This document shows positions 41,061-51,001 of a DNA stretch of 64,000 bases, one piece after another. The translations under genes and the position numbers were made by a program. The stretch lies in NCBI GenBank assembly GCA_944336475.1, contig CALVLD010000005.1, positions 26,905-90,904 on the forward strand, read 5' to 3'. A model generated the notes under the pieces. That model was not told where the DNA came from. It saw only the letters and a program-made list of their open reading frames with translations, and made no database searches. The DNA comes from an uncultured Clostridia bacterium (GTDB lineage Bacteria; Bacillota; Clostridia; Christensenellales; CAG-138). Within the stretch, counting starts at the first letter, position 1; each line of letters opens with the position of its first letter.

Positions 41061-41930
41061 ATGAAAGCTGTCATAAATGCCGAAAGGCTCGTTATGCAAA
41101 GCGTGATGGGTCAGATACACCATCCTGCGATGGCTCCGAATCACTACAGGATCGACACCGTCACCGGCGTCCCCCGTGTTCTTCCCGGCACAGGAGCCAT
41201 AACCTACAACGTAAAGATCGGAGACTGCGTGTACGCCATGGAGTGCGACCACGTTGAGCCCGGCGTATCCATACAAAATCCCAACGACAAGGAGAATGTC
41301 GCTCTCAACACCCTTGCCTGCGTTGGCAACAGGGCGACCGTCGTCTCCGGTGATGCCAAGGGTGCCGCGGGCTTTGTTACCGGCACGCACGGCGGCATCG
41401 AGCATGTGCTTGTCTACTTCCCCGATGATGCGCTCGATATGATGGCCATTGGTGATAAGATACAGATCCGTGCACAGGGTCAGGGCATGAGGATAGAGGG
41501 CTTTGAAAGCACCGTCACCGTGATGAACACCTCGCCTGAGCTGTTTGAAAAGCTCAACGTGACCGTTGATAACGGGCGGCTCACCGTTCCCGTCGCCGCC
41601 CGTGTGCCAGCCTATCTCATGGGCAGCGGCATAGGCTCCTCCAGCGCATACAGGGGCGATTATGATATCATGACCGCTGACCGTGCTGAAATAAAGCGGC
41701 TTGGACTAGACAAGCTCCGCTACGGCGACATAGTCGCACTCGACAACTGCGACAATACGTTTGGCAGGGGCTATCTCGGCGGCGCAATGACGATCGGCGT
41801 TGTGATCCACAGCGATTGCATACTTGCAGGTCACGGTCCCGGCGTGACCGGGCTCATCACCTGCCGTGAACCCGTGATCGATATCGTGATAGACAAAAAC
41901 GCCAACCTTGCAAACTTCTTCCTTGACTGA
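41061..41930 (+). CDS. conserved hypothetical protein (resembles DUF4438)
   Basis: 289 aa with a good RBS (GGGAGG). It is translationally linked to patB upstream and pcrA downstream. The family assignment is from memory only. Confidence 0.6.
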   Translation: MKAVINAERLVMQSVMGQIHHPAMAPNHYRIDTVTGVPRVLPGTGAITYNVKIGDCVYAMECDHVEPGVSIQNPNDKENVALNTLACVGNRATVVSGDAKGAAGFVTGTHGGIEHVLVYFPDDALDMMAIGDKIQIRAQGQGMRIEGFESTVTVMNTSPELFEKLNVTVDNGRLTVPVAARVPAYLMGSGIGSSSAYRGDYDIMTADRAEIKRLGLDKLRYGDIVALDNCDNTFGRGYLGGAMTIGVVIHSDCILAGHGPGVTGLITCREPVIDIVIDKNANLANFFLD

Positions 41931-44152
41931 TGCTTGATCTAAAAACCCTCAACAGCGAACAGCGTGAAGCCGTTCTGCATACCGAAGGGCCTCTGCTCGT
42001 GCTTGCAGGCGCAGGTAGCGGCAAGACTCGTGTGCTCACATACCGCATTGCAAACCTTATTGAAAACCACGATGTGATGCCGTGGCGCATTCTTGCGCTC
42101 ACATTCACCAACAAGGCCGCAGCAGAGATGCGTCAACGCACGGAAGCGCTCACCGGCATATCTGCCAAGGATATGTGGGTAATGACTTTTCACTCCTTCT
42201 GCGCAAGGGTGCTGCGCTTTGACATTGCGGTGCTGGGAGGCTATACCTCCCAGTTCACCATATACGACGATGCGGATCAGACCTCCATAGTATCCGACAT
42301 AATCAAGCAGCAGGGAATTGATGAGAAAAAGCTGTCCAAGGGCTATTTTCGTTCTCTCATCAGCCAGGCTAAGAACTCCTCCGAGTCGCCCGAGCAATAT
42401 CTGTTCGAGGTCGGCGACCGTGACGGCAAAGCCGTGGATGTGTATCGTGCGTATCAGAAGCGGCTTGCCGCCGCAAATGCGCTCGATTTTGATGACATAC
42501 TGCTCAAGACCGTGGAGCTTTTCCGCAAGCACCCGGATGTTTTGGAGCGGTACCAGAACCGGTTCCGCTACATACTGGTCGATGAGTATCAGGATACAAA
42601 CATCATACAGTACAACATCGTTCGAATGCTAAGCGAGAAGCACCGCAATCTCTGCGTCGTGGGTGACGATGATCAGAGCATATATGGGTGGCGCGGTGCG
42701 GACATACGCAATATCCTCGATTTTGAAAAGGATTTTGATGGTGCTGCGGTGATCCGTCTGGAGCAGAATTACCGCTCCACAAAGCCCATACTTGAGGCCG
42801 CGAACCATGTCATATGCAATAATGTCGGACGCAAGGAAAAGACTCTGCGGACTGAGCGCAGCGGCGGCGAAAAGGTCGAGCTGATAACCGTTGACACCGA
42901 GCGTGATGAGGCATACACCATCGGCACCCTTATAAGCACCTATCGGCGCAGGGGCAGAAGCTACAATGACTTTGCCGTGCTCTATCGCACCCATGCCCAG
43001 AGCCGCACGCTCGAGGCGGTGCTTCAGCAGTCGTTCCGCATACCCGTTTCGCTGATAGGCGGCACACGCTTCTATGAGTTCAAGGAGGTCAAGGACATAC
43101 TCGCCTACCTGCGCCTGATAGCCAACACAGACGACGACGTGTCGTTCAAACGCATCGTCAACACCCCCAAACGCAATATCGGTGACGCTACCATCCGTGA
43201 GCTCGGCATAGTATCGTCGCAGCACAATATGTCGCTGTTCAACGCTGCAGCCTACCCGGGCATGCTTGCTCCCAAGACGGCTGCCAAGCTTGCTCCGTTT
43301 ATGGAGCTCATGTCCGAATTCTTTGCCGCAAGGCGTGAGCTGCCTCTCCACGAGCTGGCAAAGCTGATAATCGAGCGCACTCGCTACATTGAGCATCTTG
43401 AGGATCAGCATGACGGGCTGCTTGAAACAAGGGTGCAGAATATCGAGGAGCTGCTCGGCGCTATGCGCGAGCATACGGACGGAATAGATGAGGATGTTGA
43501 TGCGCTCGATTCCTTTCTTGAAAACGCCGCTCTGCTCTCCTCCTCCGACGATATCTCTGATGAGGACGGCACTGTTAAGCTGATGACACTGCACTGCGCA
43601 AAAGGCTTGGAATTTCCCGTTGTATTTTTGCCCGGCATGGAGGAAAACATATTCCCGTCCGCAAGATCCTGCGAGGAGGAAAAGCTGGAGGAAGAACGCC
43701 GTCTGTGCTATGTTGGCGTGACTCGTGCGATGGATAAGCTGTTCCTGCTCAATACCCGCAGCCGTACGCTCTACGGCGAGCGGCGTCAGAATCCACCCTC
43801 ACGTTTTTTGGAGGAGATGGGGCTTATCGAGCCTCAGGAAGGGGAACGACGCTCAACCATGATACGTCCTGCCGTTCGCAGCGGCCGGCAGAGTGCGTCT
43901 GTACAGCAGAGCACGGGTTTCGGCCCTGCCGTCAAGGAAAAATCAAAGCCTGCCGCGCGTTCCGTCGCTTCGCAGGCAGGGGCGACATATCGTGCGCTGC
44001 AGCGGGTGATACACTCAACATTCGGCAGGGGTGTGGTAACGGAGGTGTCTGGCACGGGCGGCTCCTGTATCGTTACCGTTGATTTTGAAAAGTACGGCGT
44101 AAAGCGGCTTGCCGCAGCATACACGCCCATGAGGATTGATGATGAAAACTGA
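41930..44152 (+). CDS. pcrA: ATP-dependent DNA helicase PcrA
   Basis: 740 aa with AGAGSGKT Walker A, DEYQDT and UvrD-type motifs. Followed by ligA, as is usual. Confidence 0.95.
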   Translation: MLDLKTLNSEQREAVLHTEGPLLVLAGAGSGKTRVLTYRIANLIENHDVMPWRILALTFTNKAAAEMRQRTEALTGISAKDMWVMTFHSFCARVLRFDIAVLGGYTSQFTIYDDADQTSIVSDIIKQQGIDEKKLSKGYFRSLISQAKNSSESPEQYLFEVGDRDGKAVDVYRAYQKRLAAANALDFDDILLKTVELFRKHPDVLERYQNRFRYILVDEYQDTNIIQYNIVRMLSEKHRNLCVVGDDDQSIYGWRGADIRNILDFEKDFDGAAVIRLEQNYRSTKPILEAANHVICNNVGRKEKTLRTERSGGEKVELITVDTERDEAYTIGTLISTYRRRGRSYNDFAVLYRTHAQSRTLEAVLQQSFRIPVSLIGGTRFYEFKEVKDILAYLRLIANTDDDVSFKRIVNTPKRNIGDATIRELGIVSSQHNMSLFNAAAYPGMLAPKTAAKLAPFMELMSEFFAARRELPLHELAKLIIERTRYIEHLEDQHDGLLETRVQNIEELLGAMREHTDGIDEDVDALDSFLENAALLSSSDDISDEDGTVKLMTLHCAKGLEFPVVFLPGMEENIFPSARSCEEEKLEEERRLCYVGVTRAMDKLFLLNTRSRTLYGERRQNPPSRFLEEMGLIEPQEGERRSTMIRPAVRSGRQSASVQQSTGFGPAVKEKSKPAARSVASQAGATYRALQRVIHSTFGRGVVTEVSGTGGSCIVTVDFEKYGVKRLAAAYTPMRIDDEN

Positions 44153-46100
44153 CACAAGGATGCGTTGGCTTGTCGACAGGCTTAACAAACTTTCAACTGC
44201 ATACTATTATTCTGATTTCTCGCCCGTAAGCGATGCGGAATACGATGCGCTTTTTGACGAGCTTGTACAGCTCGAAGCAGATACCGGCGTCGTACTGCCC
44301 GACTCCCCCACCCACAGGGTCGGAGGGTCTGCGGTGTCGGTATTTGCCGAGCATACGCATATACGCAGGCTTTGGAGCCTTGACAAGGTAAAGACATATG
44401 GTGAGCTACGGGACTGGGCAAACAAATGCCGCAGAGGCAACGCCGAGCCGCAGTTCATACTTGAATACAAATTCGACGGTCTTACGGTCAACCTGACGTA
44501 CGAAAACGGCGTTCTGACAGATGCCGCAACACGGGGCAACGGCATAGTAGGTGAGGAGATACTCCCCCAGGCACGCACGATACGCAGCATTCCCCTTACG
44601 ATACCCTTCAAGGGCACTCTTGAGGTCAGGGGCGAATGCTTCATGCGGATATCGGTGCTGAATGAGTTGAACTATTCCTCATCCGAGAAGCTCAAGAATC
44701 CTCGCAATGCTGCGGCAGGTGCTCTTAGGAATCTCGATCCCAGTGTCACAGCATCACGCCGTCTTGACTTTATGGCCTATGACGTTGGGCATATCACCGG
44801 CAGGAGCTTTGCCACCCAGACGGATATGCTCGATTTCCTGCGTGAAAACGGCTTCCCTGTGAGCGATTTCCTGTTCGTCGGCAAAGTTGAAGATGTTATA
44901 TCCGAGATAGCTCTTGCCGAGGAGAGGCGTTTTGATCTTGATTACGATATAGACGGAATGGTCATAAAGCTGAACGATATGGAGCTTTCGGAGAGCCTCG
45001 GCTATACCGACAGATTCCCAAGGGGGGCTATTGCATTCAAGTTTGCCGCTCAGGAGCAGACCACCACTGTGCTCGATATTACCTGGGAGGTCGGGCGCAC
45101 CGGTAAGCTGACGCCGCTTGCTCATGTTGAGCCTGTTGAGCTGATGGGTGCTACCGTCCGCAGAGCCACGCTCAACAACTATGACGACATACTCCGCAAG
45201 CGTGTTGGGATAGGCTCGCGGGTATTCATTCGGCGGAGCAACGATGTGATACCGGAGATACTCTCGAGCGTTGATGAGGACGAGCCCGAAAATCCCGTGA
45301 CGCCTCCCGACCGATGTCCGAGCTGCGGCTCACATGTTGAGCGCAGGGGTGCGCACATATTCTGCACCAACTCGCTTTCCTGCACACCGCAGATAGTTGC
45401 AAGGCTTGCACACTTTGCATCCAGGGATGCAATGGATATAGAGGGCTTTTCCGAAAAGACCGCCGAGATGTTGGTAAGCAAGACCGGCCTTCGCAACATA
45501 CCGGAGCTGTATGAGCTTACCGAAGCAAGCTTTAATGAGCTTGCAGGCTTTAAGGATAAGCGCATCTCCAACCTGCTGAATGCCATCGAAAAGAGCAAGG
45601 ACTGCGAGCTTGCCTCATTCATATTTGCCCTCGGCATACCCAATGTAGGCATAAAGACTGCCAGGGACCTTGCATCCGAGTTTGGCAGTATCGAGCGATT
45701 CAGGTGTGCGGCACGGGATGAGCTGCTTGCCATCCGTGACATCGGTGATATAGTTGCCGACAGCATAATGGGGTTTCTGTCGGACGAGTCGCTTTCTGCC
45801 CAGGTCGATAAGCTGCTGGAGCTTGGCGTTCGACCGACACATTTTGGTCGAACGAACGATGCCCCAAGTCCGCTTATGGGCAAGACCATTGTTGTGACCG
45901 GCGGACTGGCCCGCATGAAAAGGCCGGAGATGGAGGCATTGATAGTGCGGCTGGGCGGCCGTGTGAGCGGTAGCGTGAGCCGCAAGACGGATATGGTGGT
46001 TGCAGGCGAAAATGCCGGAAGCAAGCTTGACAAGGCAAAAGCCCTCGGCGTGAGGGTGATTTCAGAAACTGAATTTTTTGAATCTATCGGTGAAACATGA
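44136..46100 (+). CDS. ligA: NAD-dependent DNA ligase
   Basis: 654 aa with the KxDG adenylation motif (EYKFDGLTV), a Cys4 zinc finger (CPSCGS...CTNSLSC), HhH repeats and a BRCT end. Confidence 0.96.
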   Translation: MMMKTDTRMRWLVDRLNKLSTAYYYSDFSPVSDAEYDALFDELVQLEADTGVVLPDSPTHRVGGSAVSVFAEHTHIRRLWSLDKVKTYGELRDWANKCRRGNAEPQFILEYKFDGLTVNLTYENGVLTDAATRGNGIVGEEILPQARTIRSIPLTIPFKGTLEVRGECFMRISVLNELNYSSSEKLKNPRNAAAGALRNLDPSVTASRRLDFMAYDVGHITGRSFATQTDMLDFLRENGFPVSDFLFVGKVEDVISEIALAEERRFDLDYDIDGMVIKLNDMELSESLGYTDRFPRGAIAFKFAAQEQTTTVLDITWEVGRTGKLTPLAHVEPVELMGATVRRATLNNYDDILRKRVGIGSRVFIRRSNDVIPEILSSVDEDEPENPVTPPDRCPSCGSHVERRGAHIFCTNSLSCTPQIVARLAHFASRDAMDIEGFSEKTAEMLVSKTGLRNIPELYELTEASFNELAGFKDKRISNLLNAIEKSKDCELASFIFALGIPNVGIKTARDLASEFGSIERFRCAARDELLAIRDIGDIVADSIMGFLSDESLSAQVDKLLELGVRPTHFGRTNDAPSPLMGKTIVVTGGLARMKRPEMEALIVRLGGRVSGSVSRKTDMVVAGENAGSKLDKAKALGVRVISETEFFESIGET

Positions 46101-47062
46101 GAACCGGCAAGCTATCAAACGAACAGCTCGACAGGCTGATATTGTCCAAACTGAAGCGTAATCGGAGCGAGATCATATGCTCCCCCGGGATTGGCGTGGA
46201 CTGCACCGCCGTGGATCTCGGCGGTGATATTGCCGTGCTCTCCTGTGACCCGATCACCGCCGCCGACAGCGGCATAGGCAGGCTCACGGTCAATGTGTCG
46301 TGTAATGACGCAGCCGCATCGGGCGCTGAGCCCATCGGTCTGATGGTAACATTCCTGCTCCCCCCCTCCGTTACCGAGGATGACATTGACAGCCTTATGG
46401 ATGAGCTCATGCTTGCCGCCGACGCAGCCGGCGTTGACATAATAGGCGGACATACCGAGATAACCCCGTCCGTAAATCGCATAGTCACCTGTGCAACGGT
46501 AATAGCAAGGCCGACTGCGGCAGGGCTTATTGACCCAAAGGGTATGCAGATCGGCAACGATATAGTCCTCACAAAGCATGCCGGGCTTGAGGGTGCGCCT
46601 CTGCTTGCCGATAAGCTGAGTGCGGACAGTGGACTGCTCTGCCCCGATGAGCTTGCAGAGGTGCGCTCTTTCCTTGAACGGACGAGCGTCGTTAAAGAGG
46701 GGCTGTACGCCGCAATGCACGGCGCCACCGCAATGCACGATGTAACCGAGGGCGGCGTGTTCGGCGCTCTTTGGGAGATGAGCGCCGCTGCGGGCATAGG
46801 CATCCGCTTTGACGCCGCAAACATACCGGTGCACCACATCACGCGCAAGCTGTGCGGATATTTCAATATTGACCCGTACAAGCTGATTTCAAGCGGATGT
46901 ATGCTGATTGCCTGCACCGACGGACATGCCCTGGTGGACGGTCTTGCCGCTCTCGGCATAGACGCCCGTATAATAGGCAGAGCCGAGGGGGATTCTGTCA
47001 TCACAGTTGACGGCATGGTGATAGACCCGCCGCAGGCAGATGAGATCTATAAAGCCCTCTGA
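46097..47062 (+). CDS. AIR synthase-related (PurM/HypE/ThiL superfamily) protein
   Basis: 321 aa. The N-terminal GIGVDCTAVD and the central/C-terminal fold pattern match the PurM-like family. 4-nt overlap with ligA. Confidence 0.78.
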   Translation: MRTGKLSNEQLDRLILSKLKRNRSEIICSPGIGVDCTAVDLGGDIAVLSCDPITAADSGIGRLTVNVSCNDAAASGAEPIGLMVTFLLPPSVTEDDIDSLMDELMLAADAAGVDIIGGHTEITPSVNRIVTCATVIARPTAAGLIDPKGMQIGNDIVLTKHAGLEGAPLLADKLSADSGLLCPDELAEVRSFLERTSVVKEGLYAAMHGATAMHDVTEGGVFGALWEMSAAAGIGIRFDAANIPVHHITRKLCGYFNIDPYKLISSGCMLIACTDGHALVDGLAALGIDARIIGRAEGDSVITVDGMVIDPPQADEIYKAL

Positions 47063-47109
47063 GCTCCATAATGCCCTCGCAAATATACCTTTTTTTGCTT
47101 AAATTTTGC

Positions 47110-47138
47110 TTGCGATTGCTTTTTTACTGTGCTATAAT
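47110..47138 (+). promoter_or_regulatory. putative sigma-A promoter of rpsF-ssb-rpsR
   Basis: TTGCGA (47110-47115), 17-nt spacer ending in TGC, then TATAAT (47133-47138). Confidence 0.5.
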
Positions 47139-47204
47139 TACTCGCCAACGCCATACTTACCCCGTGTTGGTGCGGGGTCGACAGACCACAAGGAGGTGAA
47201 AAGC

Positions 47205-47492
47205 GTGAATAAGTATGAATGTCTGTACGTCATTACGCCCGAGCTGACCGAGGAGGAGATCAAGGCCTCCGTCGAGAAGTATGCGGGTGTCGTTGCCGAG
47301 AACGGCGGCGAGGTCGAGAAGATTGACGAGTGGGGCAAGCGCCGTCTCGCATATCCTATCGATTACAAGACCGAGGGTTATTACGTTCTTATGCTCTTCG
47401 CAGCGCCCGCAGAGGTGCCGGCAGAGCTTCAGCGTAACCTGAAGAATGACGAGCGTATCATGCGTTACGTTGTAGAGCGCAGGATGGCTTGA
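47205..47492 (+). CDS. rpsF: 30S ribosomal protein S6
   Basis: GTG 47205 lies 8 nt after AGGAGG. The protein begins VNKYECLYVITPELTEEE.... Confidence 0.93.
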   Translation: MNKYECLYVITPELTEEEIKASVEKYAGVVAENGGEVEKIDEWGKRRLAYPIDYKTEGYYVLMLFAAPAEVPAELQRNLKNDERIMRYVVERRMA

Positions 47493-47522
47493 GTCGTTTG
47501 AGTGTTTGAAAGGATTCTCAGC

Positions 47523-48029
47523 ATGAACAAAATCACAATCATTGGTAATCTTACCGCAGACCCGGAACTGAGAACCATCCCTTCCGGCATCAATGTGTGT
47601 ACATTCACCGTTGCGGTCAACCGCAGGTTCTCATCCGGCAAGGAGGAGCGTCAGACGGACTTCTTCCGTGTGACGGCGTGGAGGCAGCTTGGTGAAACAT
47701 GCAGCCGCTACCTCTCAAAGGGTAGGAAGGTTGCCGTTATCGGTGAGGTCAGCGCCCGTGCGTTTGAGGGCAAGGACGGTCAGCCTCGTGCCTCTTTGGA
47801 GGTCACGGCTGACGAGGTTGAGTTCCTCAGTCCCCGTGAGCAGGGCGGCTACAACCAGCAGCCGCAGGGCTATGCTCCCCAGCAGGGCACCCCGTTTAAT
47901 CAGCCGAATCAGGGTCAGGGTTGGAATCCCACCCGTCAGGGTTCCTCCGGCACTATGAACGGCACTTCGCTCAATCCTGCTTTTGATGATGATTCCACGG
48001 AGATTACCGACGCTGATTTACCGTTCTGA
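47523..48029 (+). CDS. ssb: single-stranded DNA-binding protein
   Basis: MNKITIIGNLTADPELR OB-fold N-terminus, a Gly/Gln/Pro-rich linker and an acidic tip DADLPF. Confidence 0.95.
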   Translation: MNKITIIGNLTADPELRTIPSGINVCTFTVAVNRRFSSGKEERQTDFFRVTAWRQLGETCSRYLSKGRKVAVIGEVSARAFEGKDGQPRASLEVTADEVEFLSPREQGGYNQQPQGYAPQQGTPFNQPNQGQGWNPTRQGSSGTMNGTSLNPAFDDDSTEITDADLPF

Positions 48030-48060
48030 TCTTTCTTAATTGTTTGAAAGGAGTATTGTC

Positions 48061-48303
48061 ATGGAAGATCGTAAGATGAAGCCCCGTCCCAAGAAGTCAA
48101 GGCGCAAGGTGTGCCAGTTCTGTGCGGATAAGGTTGAGCATATCGATTATAAGGATGTAGCACGTCTTAGGAAGTTCATCACCGAGCGCGGCAAGATCAT
48201 GCCCCGCCGTATGAGCGGTGTGTGTGCAGAGCACCAGAGGACTCTTGCATCCGCCATCAAGACGGCACGTCAGATGGCTCTTCTGCCCTACGTTGCCGAG
48301 TAA
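48061..48303 (+). CDS. rpsR: 30S ribosomal protein S18
   Basis: 80 aa from ATG 48061. Contains [18 protein letters not shown]. Confidence 0.95.
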   Translation: MEDRKMKPRPKKSRRKVCQFCADKVEHIDYKDVARLRKFITERGKIMPRRMSGVCAEHQRTLASAIKTARQMALLPYVAE

Positions 48304-48326
48304 TTCGCTAAACTTCATATGATGTT

Positions 48327-48365
48327 GGCACGGCGCTTCGCCTTTTGGCGGGAGTGCCGTTTTTA
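48327..48365 (+). terminator. putative rpsR terminator
   Basis: GGCAC (48327-48331) pairs with GTGCC (48354-48358). The stem encloses a small GC hairpin and is followed by a T-run. Confidence 0.45.
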
Positions 48366-48432
48366 TGTGTATTGACCGTTTGGGAATATCGGATTATAAT
48401 TGAGCAGTATAGATTAGTTTGGAGGTCTTTTT

Positions 48433-49620
48433 GTGGTTCGTCCGTTTAAGAGGATACTCGCCGCTGCTGCGGCAATAATGGCTTGTGTTTACATGTGGCT
48501 GCCATGGGCTCATGCAAACGTGCTGCTCGACTACAATGAGCATGACGCAGCAAAGCTTAGGAGCTTTTTCGAATATGTCGGCTCCCCGATGGGCAGCAAC
48601 GGCGCACTTCTGTTCGGCGTCGATTACGATGCCGATGATCCGTCCACATGGAGCTGCTGCACCTGGAATGCCGAAGGCCGGCTTAAGACCATATCCGTTG
48701 ACAATTTCGGTGTATCCGGAACGCTGGATCTTGACGGCTGTGAGGCACTCACATATGTCTGGATGCAGAGCTGTATGCTCTCCGAGCTGATCGTAACCGG
48801 ATGTCCCAACATCACGACGATAAATGTTGACGGCAGCTCCCTCACAAGCATCGATGTCAGCGACAATGCACTGCTCGCCTACCTTAACATAAGCAAGAAT
48901 GACATTGCAGAGTTAGATCTCTCCGGCAATGCACTGCTTGCCGATCTTCAAGCAGACCAGAACAAGCTTGCGTATATCGACCTATCTCCCTGTACAGGAC
49001 TCACTAAGCTCAATCTCAATGGAAACCTGTTGGAGGAGCTTGATGTCTCCTTCTGTCCGCTGCTGACAATTCTCAACTGTAACGATAACATGCTGTCGGC
49101 GCTTGATATTTCAGCATGCACATCCCTTACGCAGCTTCGCTGTGCCCGGAATCGATTCAAAACGCTTGATATCAGCGTACTTAACGGGGGCGCCTCCTGT
49201 GTGCTGAATGCGATCGGCGACGGCTATATCAGCGTAGGCTGCAAATATTTGGACGGAGGCTATCGTCTGCTTGCCAATGCGGAGGCATATGGCGGTGCCG
49301 AGTTCTTCGGCTGGCTGCAGAACTCTGCCGAGGGAGACGACTACATCTCAACTGAAGCGACCGATTTTGTAATTCCTTTTGCAGACGGGGACATGTCGCT
49401 GAACGCCATGTTCTCAGGCGCTCTGCCGCATGATCCATCGGGCGATGTCAACGGCGACGGTATCATCGATTCCGTTGATGCTCTTATACTGCTTCGTTAC
49501 AGTCTTGATTTAGTCGAGTCAAGTGAGCTTATACTTACCGAAGGCGACTGCGACGGCAACGGCGTCATTGATTCGATCGATGCACTGCTTGTGCTCCGCA
49601 TGAGCGTCGGGCTGAATTGA
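48433..49620 (+). CDS. secreted leucine-rich-repeat protein with C-terminal type I dockerin
   Basis: GTG start lies 7 nt after GGAGG, followed by a signal peptide. There are about 10 LRR units (L..LD(L/V)S.C..L..L.C..N.L). The C-terminus has duplicated Ca-binding dockerin segments DVNGDGIIDSVDALILLRY and DCDGNGVIDSIDALLVLRM. Confidence 0.82.
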   Translation: MVRPFKRILAAAAAIMACVYMWLPWAHANVLLDYNEHDAAKLRSFFEYVGSPMGSNGALLFGVDYDADDPSTWSCCTWNAEGRLKTISVDNFGVSGTLDLDGCEALTYVWMQSCMLSELIVTGCPNITTINVDGSSLTSIDVSDNALLAYLNISKNDIAELDLSGNALLADLQADQNKLAYIDLSPCTGLTKLNLNGNLLEELDVSFCPLLTILNCNDNMLSALDISACTSLTQLRCARNRFKTLDISVLNGGASCVLNAIGDGYISVGCKYLDGGYRLLANAEAYGGAEFFGWLQNSAEGDDYISTEATDFVIPFADGDMSLNAMFSGALPHDPSGDVNGDGIIDSVDALILLRYSLDLVESSELILTEGDCDGNGVIDSIDALLVLRMSVGLN

Positions 49621-49642
49621 CCGTGTTCGGCTTTATTGGGAG

Positions 49643-51001
49643 ATGCTAAATTTGCCGGATCTTAGTACCGAAAACACACTTCCCCGTGCATTCACGGCGC
49701 GTATGCGAACCCAGCTTGGTTCGGAGTACGATGCATTTATTTCGTCATACCTGCATCCTCCCATGCGTGGGCTACGGGTAAATACGCTTAGGCTTTCCCC
49801 CTCGGAATTTGTTCGTATATCGCCTTGGAAGCTGTCTCCATCCGGTGTGATCGATGAGGGCTTTGTGCTTGAAAGTGCAGCGCCGGTCGGCAGACATCCC
49901 TTTCACTGCGCAGGGCTGTTTTACATGCAGGAGCCCTCTGCCATGAGTGTGATCGAAGCGGCGCATGCAGATGACTCCGGTCTGCGAGTGCTCGATATGT
50001 GTGCCGCCCCCGGCGGCAAGACAAGCGGCATTGCAGCCCGAATGAAGGGCAACGGGATCCTTGTGGCGAACGAGATAGCGCCTTCAAGAGCCAAACTGCT
50101 CGCTCGCAATGTGGAGCGCATGGGCATTGCAAACATTGCCGTCACATGTGCCCACCCCGATGGCATTGCCCGGGAACTGCCGGGTTGTTTCGACAGAGTG
50201 ATTGTTGATGCGCCATGTTCGGGAGAGGGTATGTTCCGCAAAGACCCAACGGCCGTTGCCGAATGGTCTCCGGAGCATGTAACGGCTTGCGCCGCCCGGC
50301 AGCGTGCTATACTCGAAAGCGCAGCGGTCTGCGTTGCTGCCGATGGGCTGCTCGTCTACTCCACCTGTACGTTTTCAACGGAGGAAAACGAGGGTGTGAT
50401 CGAATCGTTCTTGAACATACATCCCGATTTCGCCCTTGTGTCAATGCACAGGCTGTATCCTCATTCCTCCGTTGGAGAGGGACACTTTGCGGCGGTGCTG
50501 CGGCGTCTTGGAGGCGAACGCAGGGATTTTGATGCTATTCCTCCCTCAAGGGAGGACAGAGCCATCCTCGCCGCAGGCGCAGGATTTATTGAGGGCACTG
50601 CCGCATTTCCGGAAAAACTTAAGGACGGCGCGTATTCGCTTGTTGCATTTGGGGAGTCCGTATGCTTGATACCGAGCGTTATGCCAAGGGCTGTGCTGCG
50701 CCTTTCCCCGGTTGCCATAGGAGCCGAAGCAGGCACATTCCGCAAGGGACGAATAGTGCCTGCTCATGCATTCTTTATGTCCGCGCTTCCTCTCGCATGG
50801 CGGCATACACTTGAATTTGACCCCGGTTCACGGGAGCTTGCCGCCTTCATGAAGGGCAGTTCCCTTGAATGCAGCAGCTCGCTGTGCGGTTTTCTGCCCG
50901 TCTGCGTAAGGGCGGGCAACGCATCTTTCGCCATAGGATTCGGAAAAGCAGTTCAGGGTACGCTCAAAAACCACCTGCCAAAGGGTCTTTATGTTCACTG
51001 A
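49643..51001 (+). CDS. rsmF: 16S rRNA m5C methyltransferase (RsmF/RsmB, NOL1/NOP2/Sun family)
   Basis: DMCAAPGGKT SAM motif, DAPCSGEG and STCT catalytic cysteines. The start could instead be TTG 49652. Confidence 0.86.
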   Translation: MLNLPDLSTENTLPRAFTARMRTQLGSEYDAFISSYLHPPMRGLRVNTLRLSPSEFVRISPWKLSPSGVIDEGFVLESAAPVGRHPFHCAGLFYMQEPSAMSVIEAAHADDSGLRVLDMCAAPGGKTSGIAARMKGNGILVANEIAPSRAKLLARNVERMGIANIAVTCAHPDGIARELPGCFDRVIVDAPCSGEGMFRKDPTAVAEWSPEHVTACAARQRAILESAAVCVAADGLLVYSTCTFSTEENEGVIESFLNIHPDFALVSMHRLYPHSSVGEGHFAAVLRRLGGERRDFDAIPPSREDRAILAAGAGFIEGTAAFPEKLKDGAYSLVAFGESVCLIPSVMPRAVLRLSPVAIGAEAGTFRKGRIVPAHAFFMSALPLAWRHTLEFDPGSRELAAFMKGSSLECSSSLCGFLPVCVRAGNASFAIGFGKAVQGTLKNHLPKGLYVH

